In this document: piece by piece, positions 28,210 to 43,200 of the stretch
Position numbering within the stretch: the stretch's first letter is position 1
Layout of the letters: the number at the start of each line of letters is the position of its first letter
DNA from: the human T2T-CHM13v2.0 reference genome, Homo sapiens
Strand: one strand, 5' to 3'
Length of the DNA: 64,000 nucleotides
Assembly: GCF_009914755.1 (NCBI RefSeq)
Contig: NC_060940.1
The notes under the pieces: model-generated
Databases searched by the model: none
What the model was told of the DNA's origin: nothing
Seen by the model: the letters and a program-made list of their open reading frames with translations, nothing else
Program-made: the position numbers and the translations under genes

Positions 28210-31200
28210 CCAAATATCCACTTGCAGATACTACAAAAATAATGTTTCAAAACTGCACTATCAAAAGAAAGGTTCAACTCTGTGACTTGAATACACACAT
28301 CACAAAGAATTCTCTGAGAATGCTTCTGTCTAGTTTTTATGTGAAGATACTTCGCTTTCCAACATAGGCCTCAACGGGAACAAAATATCCTCTTGCAGTT
28401 TCTACAAAAAGAGTGTTTCAAAACCCCGCTGTATCAGAAGAAACGTTTAATTCTGTCAGTTGAATGCACGGGTCACAAAGAAATTTCTGAGAATGCTTCT
28501 GCCTAGCTTTTATGTCAAGATATTGCTTTTTCCACAATAGGCCTGAAAGCGCTCCAAATATCCACTTGCAGATTTTACAAAAAGAGTGTTTCAGAAATGC
28601 TCTATCAAAAGAAAGGTACACCTCTGTGAGTTGAATGCACACATCATAAAGAAATTTTTGAGAATGCTTCTGTCTAGTTTTTTTGTGAAGATATTTCATT
28701 TTCCAACATAGGCTTCAAAGGGAAGAAAATATGCACTTGTAGATTCTACAAAAAGAGTGTTTCAAAACTACTCTACCAAAAGAAAAGTTCACCTCTGTGA
28801 ATTGAATGCACACATCACAAAGAAGTTTCTGAGAATTTTTCTGTCTAGTTTTAAAGTGAAGATATTTCGTTTCCTAATATAGGCCTCAAAGTGATCAAAA
28901 TATCGACTTGCAGATTCTACAGAAAGAGTGTTTCAAAACTGCTCTATCAAAAGAAAGGTTCAACTCTGTGAGTTGAATGCACACATCACAAAGAAATTTC
29001 GGAGAATGCTTCTGTCTAGTTTTTGTGAAGATATCCCTTTATCCAAAATAGGCCACAAAGAGAACAAAATATCCACTTGTAGATTCTGCAAAAAGAGTGT
29101 TTCAAATCTCCTCCATCAAAAGAAAAGTTCAATCCTGTGAGATGAATGCACACGTCACAAAGAAGTTTCGGAGAATGCTTCTGTCTGGTTTTTATGTGAA
29201 GATATTTCCTTTTCCACCATAGACCTCAAAGCTTTCCAAATATCCACTTGCAGATTCTACAAAAAGAGAGTTTCAAACTTGCTCTATCAAAAGAAAAGTT
29301 CAACTTTGTGAGTTGAATGCACACATCACAAAGTAGTTTCTGAGAAAGCTCCTGTCTAGTATTTATGTGAAGATATTTCGTTTTCCAACACAGGCCTCAA
29401 AGCACTCCAAATATCCACTTGCAGACTCTACAAAAAGAGTGTTTCAAAACTGCTCTACAAAAGAAAGGTTCAACTCTGTGATTGGAATGCACACATCACA
29501 ACGAAGTTTCTGAGAATGCTTCTGTCTAGTTTTTATATGAAGATATTTCGTTTTCCAACATAGACCTCAAGGGAATCACATATCCACTTGCAGATACTAC
29601 CAAAAGAGCGTTTCAAAATTCCTCTATGAAAATAAAGTTCAACACTGTGAGTTGAATGCACACATCACAAAGAAGTCTCTGAGAATGCTTCTGTCTAGTT
29701 TTTGGAGAAGATATTTCGTTTTCCAACATAGGCCTCAAAGGGAACCACATATGCAATTACAGATTCTACAAAAAGAGTATTTCAAAACCTGCTCTATCAA
29801 AAGAAGTGTACAACTCTGTCAGTTGAATGCACACATCACAATGAAGTTTCTGAGAATGCTTCTATCTCGTTTTAATGTGAAGATTTTTCTTTTCCACCAC
29901 AGGCCTCATAGACGTAAAAATATCCACTTGCAGATTCTACAAAAGGAGTGTTTCAAAACTGCTCTATCAAAAGAAGGTTCAACTCTGTGAGTTGAATGCA
30001 CACATCACAACGAAGTTTCTGAGAATGCTTCTGTTTATTTCTTATGCAAAGATATTTCGTGTTCCAACATATGCCTCGAAGGGAACCGCATATCCACCAA
30101 CAGATTCTTCAAAAAGAGTGTTTCAAATCTGCTCTATAAAAAGAAGAGTACATCTCTGTGAGTTGAACGCACATATCACAAAGAAGTTTCTGAGAATGCC
30201 CCTGTTAATTTTTTACATGAACTTATTTCCTTTTCCACCACAGACCTCAAAGCGGTCCATATATTCACTTGCAGATATTACAAAAATAGGGTTTGAAAAC
30301 TGCTCTATCAAAAGAAAGGTTTAAATCTGCGAGCTGAATGCCCACATCAGAAAGATGTTTATGAGAATGCTTCTGTCTAGTTTTTATATGCATCGATTTC
30401 CTTTTCCAACATTCGCCTGAAAGTGCTCCAAATATCTGTTTGCAGATTCTACAAAAAGAGTGTTTCAAATTGCTCGGTCAAAAGAAAGGTTCAACTCTGT
30501 GAGTTGAATGCGCACATCACAAAGGAGTTTCTGAGAATGCTTCTGTCTAGTTTTCATGTGAAGATATTTAGTTTTCCACCATAGGCCTCAAAGGGATACA
30601 AATATCTACTTACAGATTCTACAAATAGAGTGTTTCAAAACTGCTCTATCGAAAGAAAGGATCAACTCGGTAAGATGAATGCAAACGTCACAAAGAAGTT
30701 TCCGAGAGTGCTTCTGGCTAGTTTTAATGTTTAGTTATTTCCCTTTCCACCATAAGCCTCAAAACGCTCCAAATGTCCACTTGCAGATTCTACAAAAAGA
30801 GTGTTTCAAACTGCTCTGTCAATAGAAAGGTTCAACTCTGTGAGTTGAATGCACACATCACAAAGATGTTTCTGAGAATTCTTCTGTCTATTTTCTATGT
30901 GAAGACATTCCGTTTTCCAACACAGGCCTCAAAGGGAACAAAGTATCCACTTGCAGATTCTACAAAACCAGTGTTTCACAACTGCTCTATCAAAAGAAAG
31001 GATCAATTCGGTAAGTTGAATGCAAACATCACAGAGAAGTTTCCGAGAGGGCTTCTGTCTAGTTTTAATGTTTAGTTATTTCCTTTTCCACCATAAGCCT
31101 CAAAACGCTCCAAATGTCCACTTGCAGATTCTACAAAAAGAGTGTTTCAAACTGTTCTATCAATAGAGAGTTTCAATTCCGTGAGTTGATTGCACACATC

Positions 31201-34200
31201 ACAAAGATGTTTTTGAGAATTCTTCTGTCTAGTTTTTATGTGAAGACATTTCGTTTTCCAACACAGGCCTCAAAGGGAGCAAAATATCCACTTACATAGT
31301 CTACAAAACGAGTGTTTCACAGCTGCTCTATCAAAAGAAACGTTTTACACTGTGACTTGAGTGCACACATCACAAAGAAGTTTCTGAGAATGCTTCTGTC
31401 TAGTTTTTATGTGAAGATATTTCGTTTTCCACCATAAGCCTCAAAGCGCTCCAAATATCCACTTTCAGATTCTACAAAAAGAGTGTTTCCAAACTGTTCT
31501 ACCTAAAGAAATGCTCAACTCTGTGAGTGTAATAGACACAACAAAAAACAGTTTCGGAGAATGCTTCTGTTTAGTTTTTATGTGAAGATATTTCCTCTCC
31601 CACCAGAGGTCTCAAAGCGCACGAAATATCCACTTGCAGATTCTACAAAAAGACTGTTTCAAAACTGCTCTACAAAAGAAAGGTTCAACTCTGTGAGTTG
31701 AAGGCACACATCACAAATAAGTTTTTGAGAATGCTTCTGTCTAGTTTTTCTGTGAAGATATTTCATTTTCCAACACTGACCTCAGAGGGAACAAAATATC
31801 CACTTGCGAATTATACAAAAAGAGTGTTTCACAACTGTTCTATCATAAGAAAAGTTCAACTCTGTGATTCGAATGCACACATCACAAAGAAGTTTCTTAG
31901 AATGCTTCTGTCTATTTTTTATGTGAAGATATTTCCTTTCCCAACATAGACCTCAACGGGAACAAAATATCCATTGGTAGTTTCTAAAAAAAGAGTGTTT
32001 CAAAACTGCTCTATCAAAAGAAAGGTTTAAATCTGCGAGTTGAATGCCCACATCCGAAAGATGTTTCTGAGAATGCTTCTGTCTAGTTTTTGTGTGAAGA
32101 TATTTCCTTTTCAAGCATAGGCCTCAAAGCACTGCCAATGTCCGCTTGCAGATTCTACAAAAACAGTGTTTCAAAACGGCTCTATCAAAAGAGAGCTTCA
32201 ACTCTGTGAGTTGAATGCACGTATCACAAAGTATTTTCTGAGAGTGCTTCCATGCAGTTTTAAAATGAAGATATTTCCTCTTCCACCATAGGCCTCAAAG
32301 CGCTTCAAATATCCATTTGCAGATTGCACAAAAAGCGTGTTTCATAACTGCGCAAACAAGGAAAGTTTCAACTCTGTGAGTTGAATGCACACTTCACAAA
32401 GAAGTTTCTGAGAATGCTTCTATCGAGTTTTTATGTAAAGATATTTCGTTTTCCAACAGAGGCCTCAAAGGGAAACAAATATCCACTTGAAGATTCTTCA
32501 AAAGGAGTGTAACAAATCTGCTCTCTGAAATGAAAGGTTCAACTCTGTGAGTTGAATGCACACATCACAAAGAAGTTTCTGAGAATGATTCTGTCTAGTT
32601 TTTATGTGTAGATGTTTCCTTTTCCACCATAGGCTTCAAAGCGCTCAAAATGTCCACATGCAGATTCTGCAAAAGGAGTGTTTCAAAACTGCTCTATCAA
32701 AAGAAAGGTTCAACGCTGTGAGGTGAATGCACACATCAAAATGAAGTTTCTGAGAATGCTTCTGTCTATTTCTTATGTAAAGATATTTCATTTTTCAACA
32801 TATGCCTCAAAGGGAACTGCATATCCACCTATAGATCCTTCAAAAAGAGTATTTCAAATCTGCTCTATCTAAAGAAGTGTACATCTCTGTGAGTTGAATG
32901 CACACATCTCAAAGAAGTTTCTGAGAATGCTTCTTTCTACTTTTTACCTGAAGATATTTCTTTTTCCACCATAGGCCTCAAAGCGCTCCATATATCCACT
33001 TGCAGATTTTAAAAAACGAGAGTTTTCAAACTGCTCTATCAAAAAAAGCGTTCAACACTGTGAGTTGAATGCACATATCACAAAGAAGTCTCAGAAAAAT
33101 GTTGTCTAGTTTTTATGTGAAGATATATCCTTTTCCACCGTAGGCCTCAAAGCCCTCAAATATCCCCTGCAAATTCTACAAAAAGACTGTTTCAAAACTG
33201 CGCTATCAAAAGAAAGGTTCAACCCTGTGAGTTCCATGCACAAATCACGAAGTAGTTTCTGAGAATGATTCTGTCTAATTTTTATTGAAACATATTTCCT
33301 TTTGCACCAAAGACCTCAAAGCACTCCAAATATCCACTTGCAGATACTACAGAAATAATGTTTCAAAACTGCACTATCAAAAGAAAGGTTCAACTCCGTG
33401 ACTTGAATGCACACATCACAAAGAATTCTCTGAGAATGCTTCTGTCTAGTTTTGATGTGAAGATATTTCGCTTTCCAACATAGGCCTCAACGGGAACAAA
33501 ATAGCCACTTGCAGTTTCTACAAAAAGAGGGTTTCAAAACCCCGCTCTCTCAGAAGAAATGTTTAATTCTGTGAGTTGAATGCACGGATCACAAAGAAAT
33601 TTCTGAGAATGCTTCTGTCTAGCTTTTATGTCAAGATATTGCTTTTTCCACAATAGGCCTGAAAGCGCTCCAAATATCCACTTGCAGGTTTTACAAAAAG
33701 AGTGTTTCAGAAATGCTCTATCAAAAGAAAGGTTCCCCTCTGTGAGTTGAATGCACACATCATAAAGAAATTTCTGAGAATGCTTCTGTCTAGTTTTTAT
33801 GTGAAGATATTTCATTTTCCAACATAGGCTTCAAAGGGAAGAAAATATGCACTTGTAGATTCTACAAAAAGAGTGTTTCAAAACTACTCTACCAAAAGAA
33901 AAGTTCACCTCTGTGAATTGAATGCACACATCACAAAGAAGTTTCTGAGAATGCGTCCGTCTAGTTTTTATGTGAAGATATTTCGTTTTCTAATATGGGC
34001 CTCAAAGCGATCAAAATATCGACTTGCAGATTCTACAGAAAGAGTGTTTCAAAACTGCTCTATCAAAAGAAAGGTTCAACTCTGTGAGTTGAATGCACAC
34101 ATCACAAAGAAATTTCGGAGAATGCTTCTGTCTAGTTTTTGTGAAGATATTCCTTTATCCAAAATAAGCCACAAAGGGAACAAAATATCCACTTGCAGAT

Positions 34201-37200
34201 TCTGCCAAAAGAGTGTTTCAAATCTCCTCCATCAAAAGAAAAGTTCAATCCTGTGAGAATAATGCACACGTCACAAAGAAGTTTTGGAGAATGCTTCTGT
34301 CTGGTTTTTATGGGAAGATATTTCCTTTTCCACCATAGACCTCAAAGCTTTCCAAATATCCACTTGCAGATTCTACAAAAAGAGAGTTTCAAACTTGCTC
34401 TATCAAAAGAAAAGTTCAACTTTGTGAGTTGAATGCACACATCACAAAGTAGTTTCTGAGAAAGCTCCCGTCTAGTATTTATGTGAAGATAGTTCGATTT
34501 CCAACACAGGCCTCAAAGCACTCCAAATATCCACTTGCAGACTCTACAAAAAGAGTGTTTCAAAACTGCTCTATCAAAAGAAGGTTCAACTCTGTGATTG
34601 GAATGCACACATCACAACGAAGTTTCTGAGAATGCTTCTGTCTAGTTTTTATATGAAGATATTTCGTTTTCCAACATAGACCTCAAGGGAATCACATATC
34701 CACTTGCAGACACTACCAAAAGAGCGTTTCAAAATTCCTCTATGAAAAGAAAGTTCAACACTGTGCGTTGAAAGCACACATCACAAAGAAGTCTCTGAGA
34801 ATGCTTCTGTCTAGTTTTTGGAGAAGATATTTCGTTTTCCAACATAGGCCTCAAAGGGAACCACATATGCACTTGCAGATTCTACAAAAAGAGTATTTCA
34901 AAACCTGCTCTATCAAAAGAAGTGTACAACTCTGTCAGTTGAATGCACACATCACAATGAAGTTTCTGAGAATGCTTCTATCTCGTTTTTATGTGAAGAT
35001 TTTTCTTTTCCACCACAGGCCTCATAGCTGTAAAAGTATCCACTTGCAGATTCTACAAAAAGAGTGTTTCAAATCTGCTCTATCAAAAGAAGGTTCAACT
35101 CTGTGAGTTGAATGCACACATCACAACGAAGTTTCTGAGAATGCTTCTGTTTATTTCTTATGCAAAGATATTTCGTGTTCCAACATATGCCTCAAAGGGA
35201 ACCGCATATCCCCCTACAGATTCTTCAAAAAGAGTGTTTCAAATCTGCTCTATAAAAAGAAGTGTACATCTCTGTGAGTTGAATGCACGTATCACGAAGA
35301 AGTTTCTGAGAGTGCTTCCGTTTATTTCTTATGCAAAGATATTGCGTGTTCCAACATATGCCTCAAAGGGAACCGCATATCCACCTACAGATTCTTCAAA
35401 AAGAGTGTTTCAAATCTGCTCTATAAAAAGAAGTGTACATCTCTCTGAGTTGAATACACATATCACAAAGAAGTTTCTGAGAGTGCTCCTGTTAATTTGT
35501 TGCATGAACTTATTTCCTTCTCCACCACAGACCTCAAAGTGGTCCATATATTCACTGGCAGATATTACAAAATTAGGGTTTGAAATCTGCTCTATCAAAA
35601 GAAAGGTTCAACTCTGTGAGTAGAATGCACACATCACTAAGTAGTTTCAGAGAATGCTTCTGTCTAGTTTTTATATGCAGCTATTTCCTTTTGCAACATT
35701 CGCCTGAAAGTGCTCTAAATATCTGTTTGCAGATTCTACAAAAAGAGTGTTTCAAATTGCTCGGTCAAAAGAAAGGTTCAACTCTGTGAGTTGAATGCGC
35801 ACATCACAAAGGAGTTTTTGAGAATGCTTCTGTCTAATTTTCATGTGAAGATACTTAGTTTTCCACCATAGGCCTCAAAGGGATACAAATATCTTCTTGC
35901 AGATTCAACAAATAGAGTGTTTAAAAACTGCTCTATCGAAAGAAAGGATCAACTCGGTAAGTTGAATGCAAACATCACAAAGAAGTTTCCGAGGGTGCTT
36001 CTGGCTAGTTTTAATGTTTAGTTATTTCCTTTTCCAGCATAAGTCTCAAAACGATCCAAATGTCCACTTGAAGAATCTACAAAAAGAGTGTTTCCAACTG
36101 CTCTGTCAATAGAAAGCTTCAACTCTCTGAGTTGAATGCACACATCACAAAGGTGTTTCTGAGAATTCTTCTGTCTAGTTTTTATGTGAAGACATTTCGT
36201 TTTCCAACACAGGCCTCAAAGGGAACAAAGCATTCACTTGCAGATTCTACAAAACCAGTGTTTCACAGCTGCTCTATCAAAAGAAACGTTTTATACTGTG
36301 ACTTGAGTGCACACATCACAAAGAAGTTTCTGAGAATGCTTCTGTCTAGTTTTTATGTGAGGATATTTCGTTTTCCACCATAAGCCTCAAAGCGCTCCAA
36401 ATATCCACTTTCAGATTCTACAAAAAGAGTGTTTCCAAACTGTTCTATCAAAAGAAATGCTCAACTCTGTGAGTGTAATAGACACAACAAAAAACAGTTT
36501 CGGAGAATGCTTCTGTTTAGTTTTTATGTGAAGATATTTCATTTTCCAACACTGACCTCAGAGGGAACAAAATATCCACTTGCGAATTATACAAAAACAG
36601 TGTTTCACAACTGTTCTACCATAAGAAAAGTTCAACTCTGTGATTCGAATGCACACATCACAAAGAAGTTTCTTAGAATGCTTCTGTCTATTTTTTATGT
36701 GAAGATATTTCCTTTCCCAACATAGACCTCAATGGGAACAAAATATCCATTGGTAGTTTCTAAAAAAAGAGTGTTTCAAAACTGCACTATCAAAAGAAAG
36801 GTTTAAATCTGCGAGTTGAATGCCCACATCAGAAAGATGTTTCTGAGAATGCTTCTGTCTAGTTTTTGTGTGAAGATATTTCCTTTTCAACCATAGGCCT
36901 CAAAGCACTGCCAATGTCCGCTTGCAGATTCTACCAAAACAGTGTTTCAAAACGGCTCTATCAAAAGAGAGCTTCAACTCTGTGAGTTGAATGCACGTAT
37001 CACAAAGAATTTTCTGAGAGTGCTTCCATGCAGTTTTAAAATGAAGATATTTCCTCTTCCACCATAGGCCTCAAAGCGCTTCAAATATCCATTTGCAGAT
37101 TGCACAAAAAGCGTGTTTCATAACTGCGCAAACAAGGAAAGTTTCAACTCTGTGAGTTGAATGCACACTTCACAAAGAAGTTTCTGAGAATGCTTCTATC

Positions 37201-40200
37201 GAGTTTTTATGTAAAGATATTTCGTTTTCCAACAGAGACCTCAAAGGGAAACAAATATCCACTTGAAGATTCTTCAAAAGGAGTGTAACAAATCTGCTCT
37301 CTGAAATGAAAGGTTCAACTCTGTGAGTTGAATGCACACATCACAAAGAAGTTTCTGAGAATGAATCTGTCTAGTTTTTATGTGTAGATATTTCCTTTTC
37401 CACGATAGGCTTCAAAGCGCTCAAAATGTCCACATGCAGATTCTGCAAAAGGAGTGTTTCAAAACTGCTCTATCAAAAGAAAGGTTCAACGCTGTGAGGT
37501 GAATGCACACATCAAAATGAAGTTTCTGAGAATACTTCTGTCTATTTCTTATGTAAAGATATTTCATTTTTCAACATATGCCTCAAAGGGAACTGCATAT
37601 CCACCTATAGATCCTTCAAAAAGAGTATTTCAAATCTACTCTATCTAAAGAAGTGTACATCTCTGTGAGTTGAATGCACACATCTCAAAGAAGTTTCTGA
37701 GAATGCTTCATTCTACTTTTTACCTGAAAATATTTCTTTTTCCACCATAGGCCTCAAAGCGCTCCATATATCCACTTGCAGATTTTAAAAAACGAGAGTT
37801 TTCAAACTGCTCTATCAAAAAAAGCGTTCAACACTGTGAGTTGAATGCACAGATCACAAAGAAGTCTCAGAAAAATGTTGTCTAGTTTTTATGTGAAGAT
37901 ATATCCTTTTCCACCGTAGGCCTCAAAGCCCTCAAATATCCCCTGCAAATTCTACAAAAAGACTGTTTCAAAACTGCGCTATCAAAAGAAAGGTTCAACC
38001 CTGTGAGTTCCATGCACAAATCACGAAGTAGTTTCTGAGAATGATTCTGTCTAATTTTTATTGGAACATATTTCCTTTTGCACCAAAGACCTCAAAGCAC
38101 TCCAAATATCCACTTGCAGATACTACAGAAATAATGTTTCAAAACTGCACTATCAAAAGAAAGGTTCAACTCCGTGACTTGAATGCACACATCACAAAGA
38201 ATTCTCTGAGAATGCTTCTGTCTAGTTTTGATGTGAAGATATTTCGCTTTCCAACATAGGCCTCAACGGGAACAAAATAGCCACTTGCAGTTTCTACAAA
38301 AAGAGGGTTTCAAAACCCCGCTCTCTCAGAAGAAATGTTTAATTCTGTGAGTTGAATGCACGGATCACAAAGAAATTTCTGAGAATGCTTCTGTCTAGCT
38401 TTTATGTCAAGATATTGCTTTTTCCACAATAGGCCTGAAAGCGCTCCAAATATCCACTTGCAGGTTTTACAAAAAGAGTGTTTCAGAAATGCTCTATCAA
38501 AAGAAAGGTTCCCCTCTGTGAGTTGAATGCACACATCATAAAGAAATTTCTGAGAATGCTTCTGTCTAGTTTTTATGTGAAGATATTTCATTTTCCAACA
38601 TAGGCTTCAAAGGGAAGAAAATATGCACTTGTAGATTCTACAAAAAGAGTGTTTCAAAACTACTCTACCAAAAGAAAAGTTCACCTCTGTGAATTGAATG
38701 CACACATCACAAAGAAGTTTCTGAGAATGCGTCCGTCTAGTTTTTATGTGAAGATATTTCGTTTTCTAATATGGGCCTCAAAGCGATCAAAATATCGACT
38801 TGCAGATTCTACAGAAAGAGTGTTTCAAAACTGCTCTATCAAAAGAAAGGTTCAACTCTGTGAGTTGAATGCACACATCACAAAGAAATTTCGGAGAATG
38901 CTTCTGTCTAGTTTTTGTGAAGATATTCCTTTATCCAAAATAAGCCACAAAGGGAACAAAATATCCACTTGCAGATTCTGCCAAAAGAGTGTTTCAAATC
39001 TCCTCCATCAAAAGAAAAGTTCAATCCTGTGAGAATAATGCACACGTCACAAAGAAGTTTTGGAGAATGCTTCTGTCTGGTTTTTATGGGAAGATATTTC
39101 CTTTTCCACCATAGACCTCAAAGCTTTCCAAATATCCACTTGCAGATTCTACAAAAAGAGAGTTTCAAACTTGCTCTATCAAAAGAAAAGTTCAACTTTG
39201 TGAGTTGAATGCACACATCACAAAGTAGTTTCTGAGAAAGCTCCCGTCTAGTATTTATGTGAAGATAGTTCGATTTCCAACACAGGCCTCAAAGCACTCC
39301 AAATATCCACTTGCAGACTCTACAAAAAGAGTGTTTCAAAACTGCTCTATCAAAAGAAGGTTCAACTCTGTGATTGGAATGCACACATCACAACGAAGTT
39401 TCTGAGAATGCTTCTGTCTAGTTTTTATATGAAGATATTTCGTTTTCCAACATAGACCTCAAGGGAATCACATATCCACTTGCAGACACTACCAAAAGAG
39501 CGTTTCAAAATTCCTCTATGAAAAGAAAGTTCAACACTGTGCGTTGAAAGCACACATCACAAAGAAGTCTCTGAGAATGCTTCTGTCTAGTTTTTGGAGA
39601 AGATATTTCGTTTTCCAACATAGGCCTCAAAGGGAACCACATATGCACTTGCAGATTCTACAAAAAGAGTATTTCAAAACCTGCTCTATCAAAAGAAGTG
39701 TACAACTCTGTCAGTTGAATGCACACATCACAATGAAGTTTCTGAGAATGCTTCTATCTCGTTTTTATGTGAAGATTTTTCTTTTCCACCACAGGCCTCA
39801 TAGCTGTAAAAGTATCCACTTGCAGATTCTACAAAAAGAGTGTTTCAAATCTGCTCTATCAAAAGAAGGTTCAACTCTGTGAGTTGAATGCACACATCAC
39901 AACGAAGTTTCTGAGAATGCTTCTGTTTATTTCTTATGCAAAGATATTTCGTGTTCCAACATATGCCTCAAAGGGAACCGCATATCCCCCTACAGATTCT
40001 TCAAAAAGAGTGTTTCAAATCTGCTCTATAAAAAGAAGTGTACATCTCTGTGAGTTGAATGCACATATCACGAAGAAGTTTCTGAGAGTGCTTCCGTTTA
40101 TTTCTTATGCAAAGATATTGCGTGTTCCAACATATGCCTCAAAGGGAACCGCATATCCACCTACAGATTCTTCAAAAAGAGTGTTTCAAATCTGCTCTAT

Positions 40201-43200
40201 AAAAAGAAGTGTACATCTCTCTGAGTTGAATACACATATCACAAAGAAGTTTCTGAGAGTGCTCCTGTTAATTTGTTGCATGAACTTATTTCCTTCTCCA
40301 CCACAGACCTCAAAGTGGTCCATATATTCACTGGCAGATATTACAAAATTAGGGTTTGAAATCTGCTCTATCAAAAGAAAGGTTCAACTCTGTGAGTAGA
40401 ATGCACACATCACTAAGTAGTTTCAGAGAATGCTTCTGTCTAGTTTTTATATGCAGCTATTTCCTTTTGCAACATTCGCCTGAAAGTGCTCTAAATATCT
40501 GTTTGCAGATTCTACAAAAAGAGTGTTTCAAATTGCTCGGTCAAAAGAAAGGTTCAACTCTGTGAGTTGAATGCGCACATCACAAAGGAGTTTTTGAGAA
40601 TGCTTCTGTCTAATTTTCATGTGAAGATACTTAGTTTTCCACCATAGGCCTCAAAGGGATACAAATATCTTCTTGCAGATTCAACAAATAGAGTGTTTAA
40701 AAACTGCTCTATCGAAAGAAAGGATCAACTCGGTAAGTTGAATGCAAACATCACAAAGAAGTTTCCGAGGGTGCTTCTGGCTAGTTTTAATGTTTAGTTA
40801 TTTCCTTTTCCAGCATAAGTCTCAAAACGATCCAAATGTCCACTTGAAGAATCTACAAAAAGAGTGTTTCCAACTGCTCTGTCAATAGAAAGCTTCAACT
40901 CTCTGAGTTGAATGCACACATCACAAAGGTGTTTCTGAGAATTCTTCTGTCTAGTTTTTATGTGAAGACATTTCGTTTTCCAACACAGGCCTCAAAGGGA
41001 ACAAAGCATTCACTTGCAGATTCTACAAAACCAGTGTTTCACAGCTGCTCTATCAAAAGAAACGTTTTATACTGTGACTTGAGTGCACACATCACAAAGA
41101 AGTTTCTGAGAATGCTTCTGTCTAGTTTTTATGTGAGGATATTTCGTTTTCCACCATAAGCCTCAAAGCGCTCCAAATATCCACTTTCAGATTCTACAAA
41201 AAGAGTGTTTCCAAACTGTTCTATCAAAAGAAATGCTCAACTCTGTGAGTGTAATAGACACAACAAAAAACAGTTTCGGAGAATGCTTCTGTTTAGTTTT
41301 TATGTGAAGATATTTCATTTTCCAACACTGACCTCAGAGGGAACAAAATATCCACTTGCGAATTATACAAAAACAGTGTTTCACAACTGTTCTACCATAA
41401 GAAAAGTTCAACTCTGTGATTCGAATGCACACATCACAAAGAAGTTTCTTAGAATGCTTCTGTCTATTTTTTATGTGAAGATATTTCCTTTCCCAACATA
41501 GACCTCAATGGGAACAAAATATCCATTGGTAGTTTCTAAAAAAAGAGTGTTTCAAAACTGCACTATCAAAAGAAAGGTTTAAATCTGCGAGTTGAATGCC
41601 CACATCAGAAAGATGTTTCTGAGAATGCTTCTGTCTAGTTTTTGTGTGAAGATATTTCCTTTTCAACCATAGGCCTCAAAGCACTGCCAATGTCCGCTTG
41701 CAGATTCTACCAAAACAGTGTTTCAAAACGGCTCTATCAAAAGAGAGCTTCAACTCTGTGAGTTGAATGCACGTATCACAAAGAATTTTCTGAGAGTGCT
41801 TCCATGCAGTTTTAAAATGAAGATATTTCCTCTTCCACCATAGGCCTCAAAGTGCTTCAAATATCCATTTGCAGATTGCACAAAAAGCGTGTTTCATAAC
41901 TGCGCAAACAAGGAAAGTTTCAACTCTGTGAGTTGAATGCACACTTCACAAAGAAGTTTCTGAGAATGCTTCTATCGAGTTTTTATGTAAAGATATTTCG
42001 TTTTCCAACAGAGACCTCAAAGGGAAACAAATATCCACTTGAAGATTCTTCAAAAGGAGTGTAACAAATCTGCTCTCTGAAATGAAAGGTTCAACTCTGT
42101 GAGTTGAATGCACACATCACAAAGAAGTTTCTGAGAATGAATCTGTCTAGTTTTTATGTGTAGATATTTCCTTTTCCACGATAGGCTTCAAAGCGCTCAA
42201 AATGTCCACATGCAGATTCTGCAAAAGGAGTGTTTCAAAACTGCTCTATCAAAAGAAAGGTTCAACGCTGTGAGGTGAATGCACACATCAAAATGAAGTT
42301 TCTGAGAATACTTCTGTCTATTTCTTATGTAAAGATATTTCATTTTTCAACATATGCCTCAAAGGGAACTGCATATCCACCTATAGATCCTTCAAAAAGA
42401 GTATTTCAAATCTACTCTATCTAAAGAAGTGTACATCTCTGTGAGTTGAATGCACACATCTCAAAGAAGTTTCTGAGAATGCTTCATTCTACTTTTTACC
42501 TGAAAATATTTCTTTTTCCACCATAGGCCTCAAAGCGCTCCATATATCCACTTGCAGATTTTAAAAAACGAGAGTTTTCAAACTGCTCTATCAAAAAAAG
42601 CGTTCAACACTGTGAGTTGAATGCACAGATCACAAAGAAGTCTCAGAAAAATGTTGTCTAGTTTTTATGTGAAGATATATCCTTTTCCACCGTAGGCCTC
42701 AAAGCCCTCAAATATCCCCTGCAAATTCTACAAAAAGACTGTTTCAAAACTGCGCTATCAAAAGAAAGGTTCAACCCTGTGAGTTCCATGCACAAATCAC
42801 GAAGTAGTTTCTGAGAATGATTCTGTCTAATTTTTATTGAAACATATTTCCTTTTGCACCAAAGACCTCAAAGCACTCCAAATATCCACTTGCAGATACT
42901 ACAGAAATAATGTTTCAAAACTGCACTATCAAAAGAAAGGTTCAACTCCGTGACTTGAATGCACACATCACAAAGAATTCTCTGAGAATGCTTCTGTCTA
43001 GTTTTGATGTGAAGATATTTCGCTTTCCAACATAGGCCTCAACGGGAACAAAATAGCCACTTGCAGTTTCTACAAAAAGAGGGTTTCAAAACCCCGCTCT
43101 CTCAGAAGAAATGTTTAATTCTGTGAGTTGAATGCACGGATCACAAAGAAATTTCTGAGAATGCTTCTGTCTAGCTTTTATGTCAAGATATTGCTTTTTC

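Noticed and set aside
30908-30926. TTCCGTTTTCCAACACAGG and similar TTTCGTTTTCCAAC sites as CENP-B boxes
   Set aside because: They lack the required CCCG..T....CGAA core and are A-type box variants.
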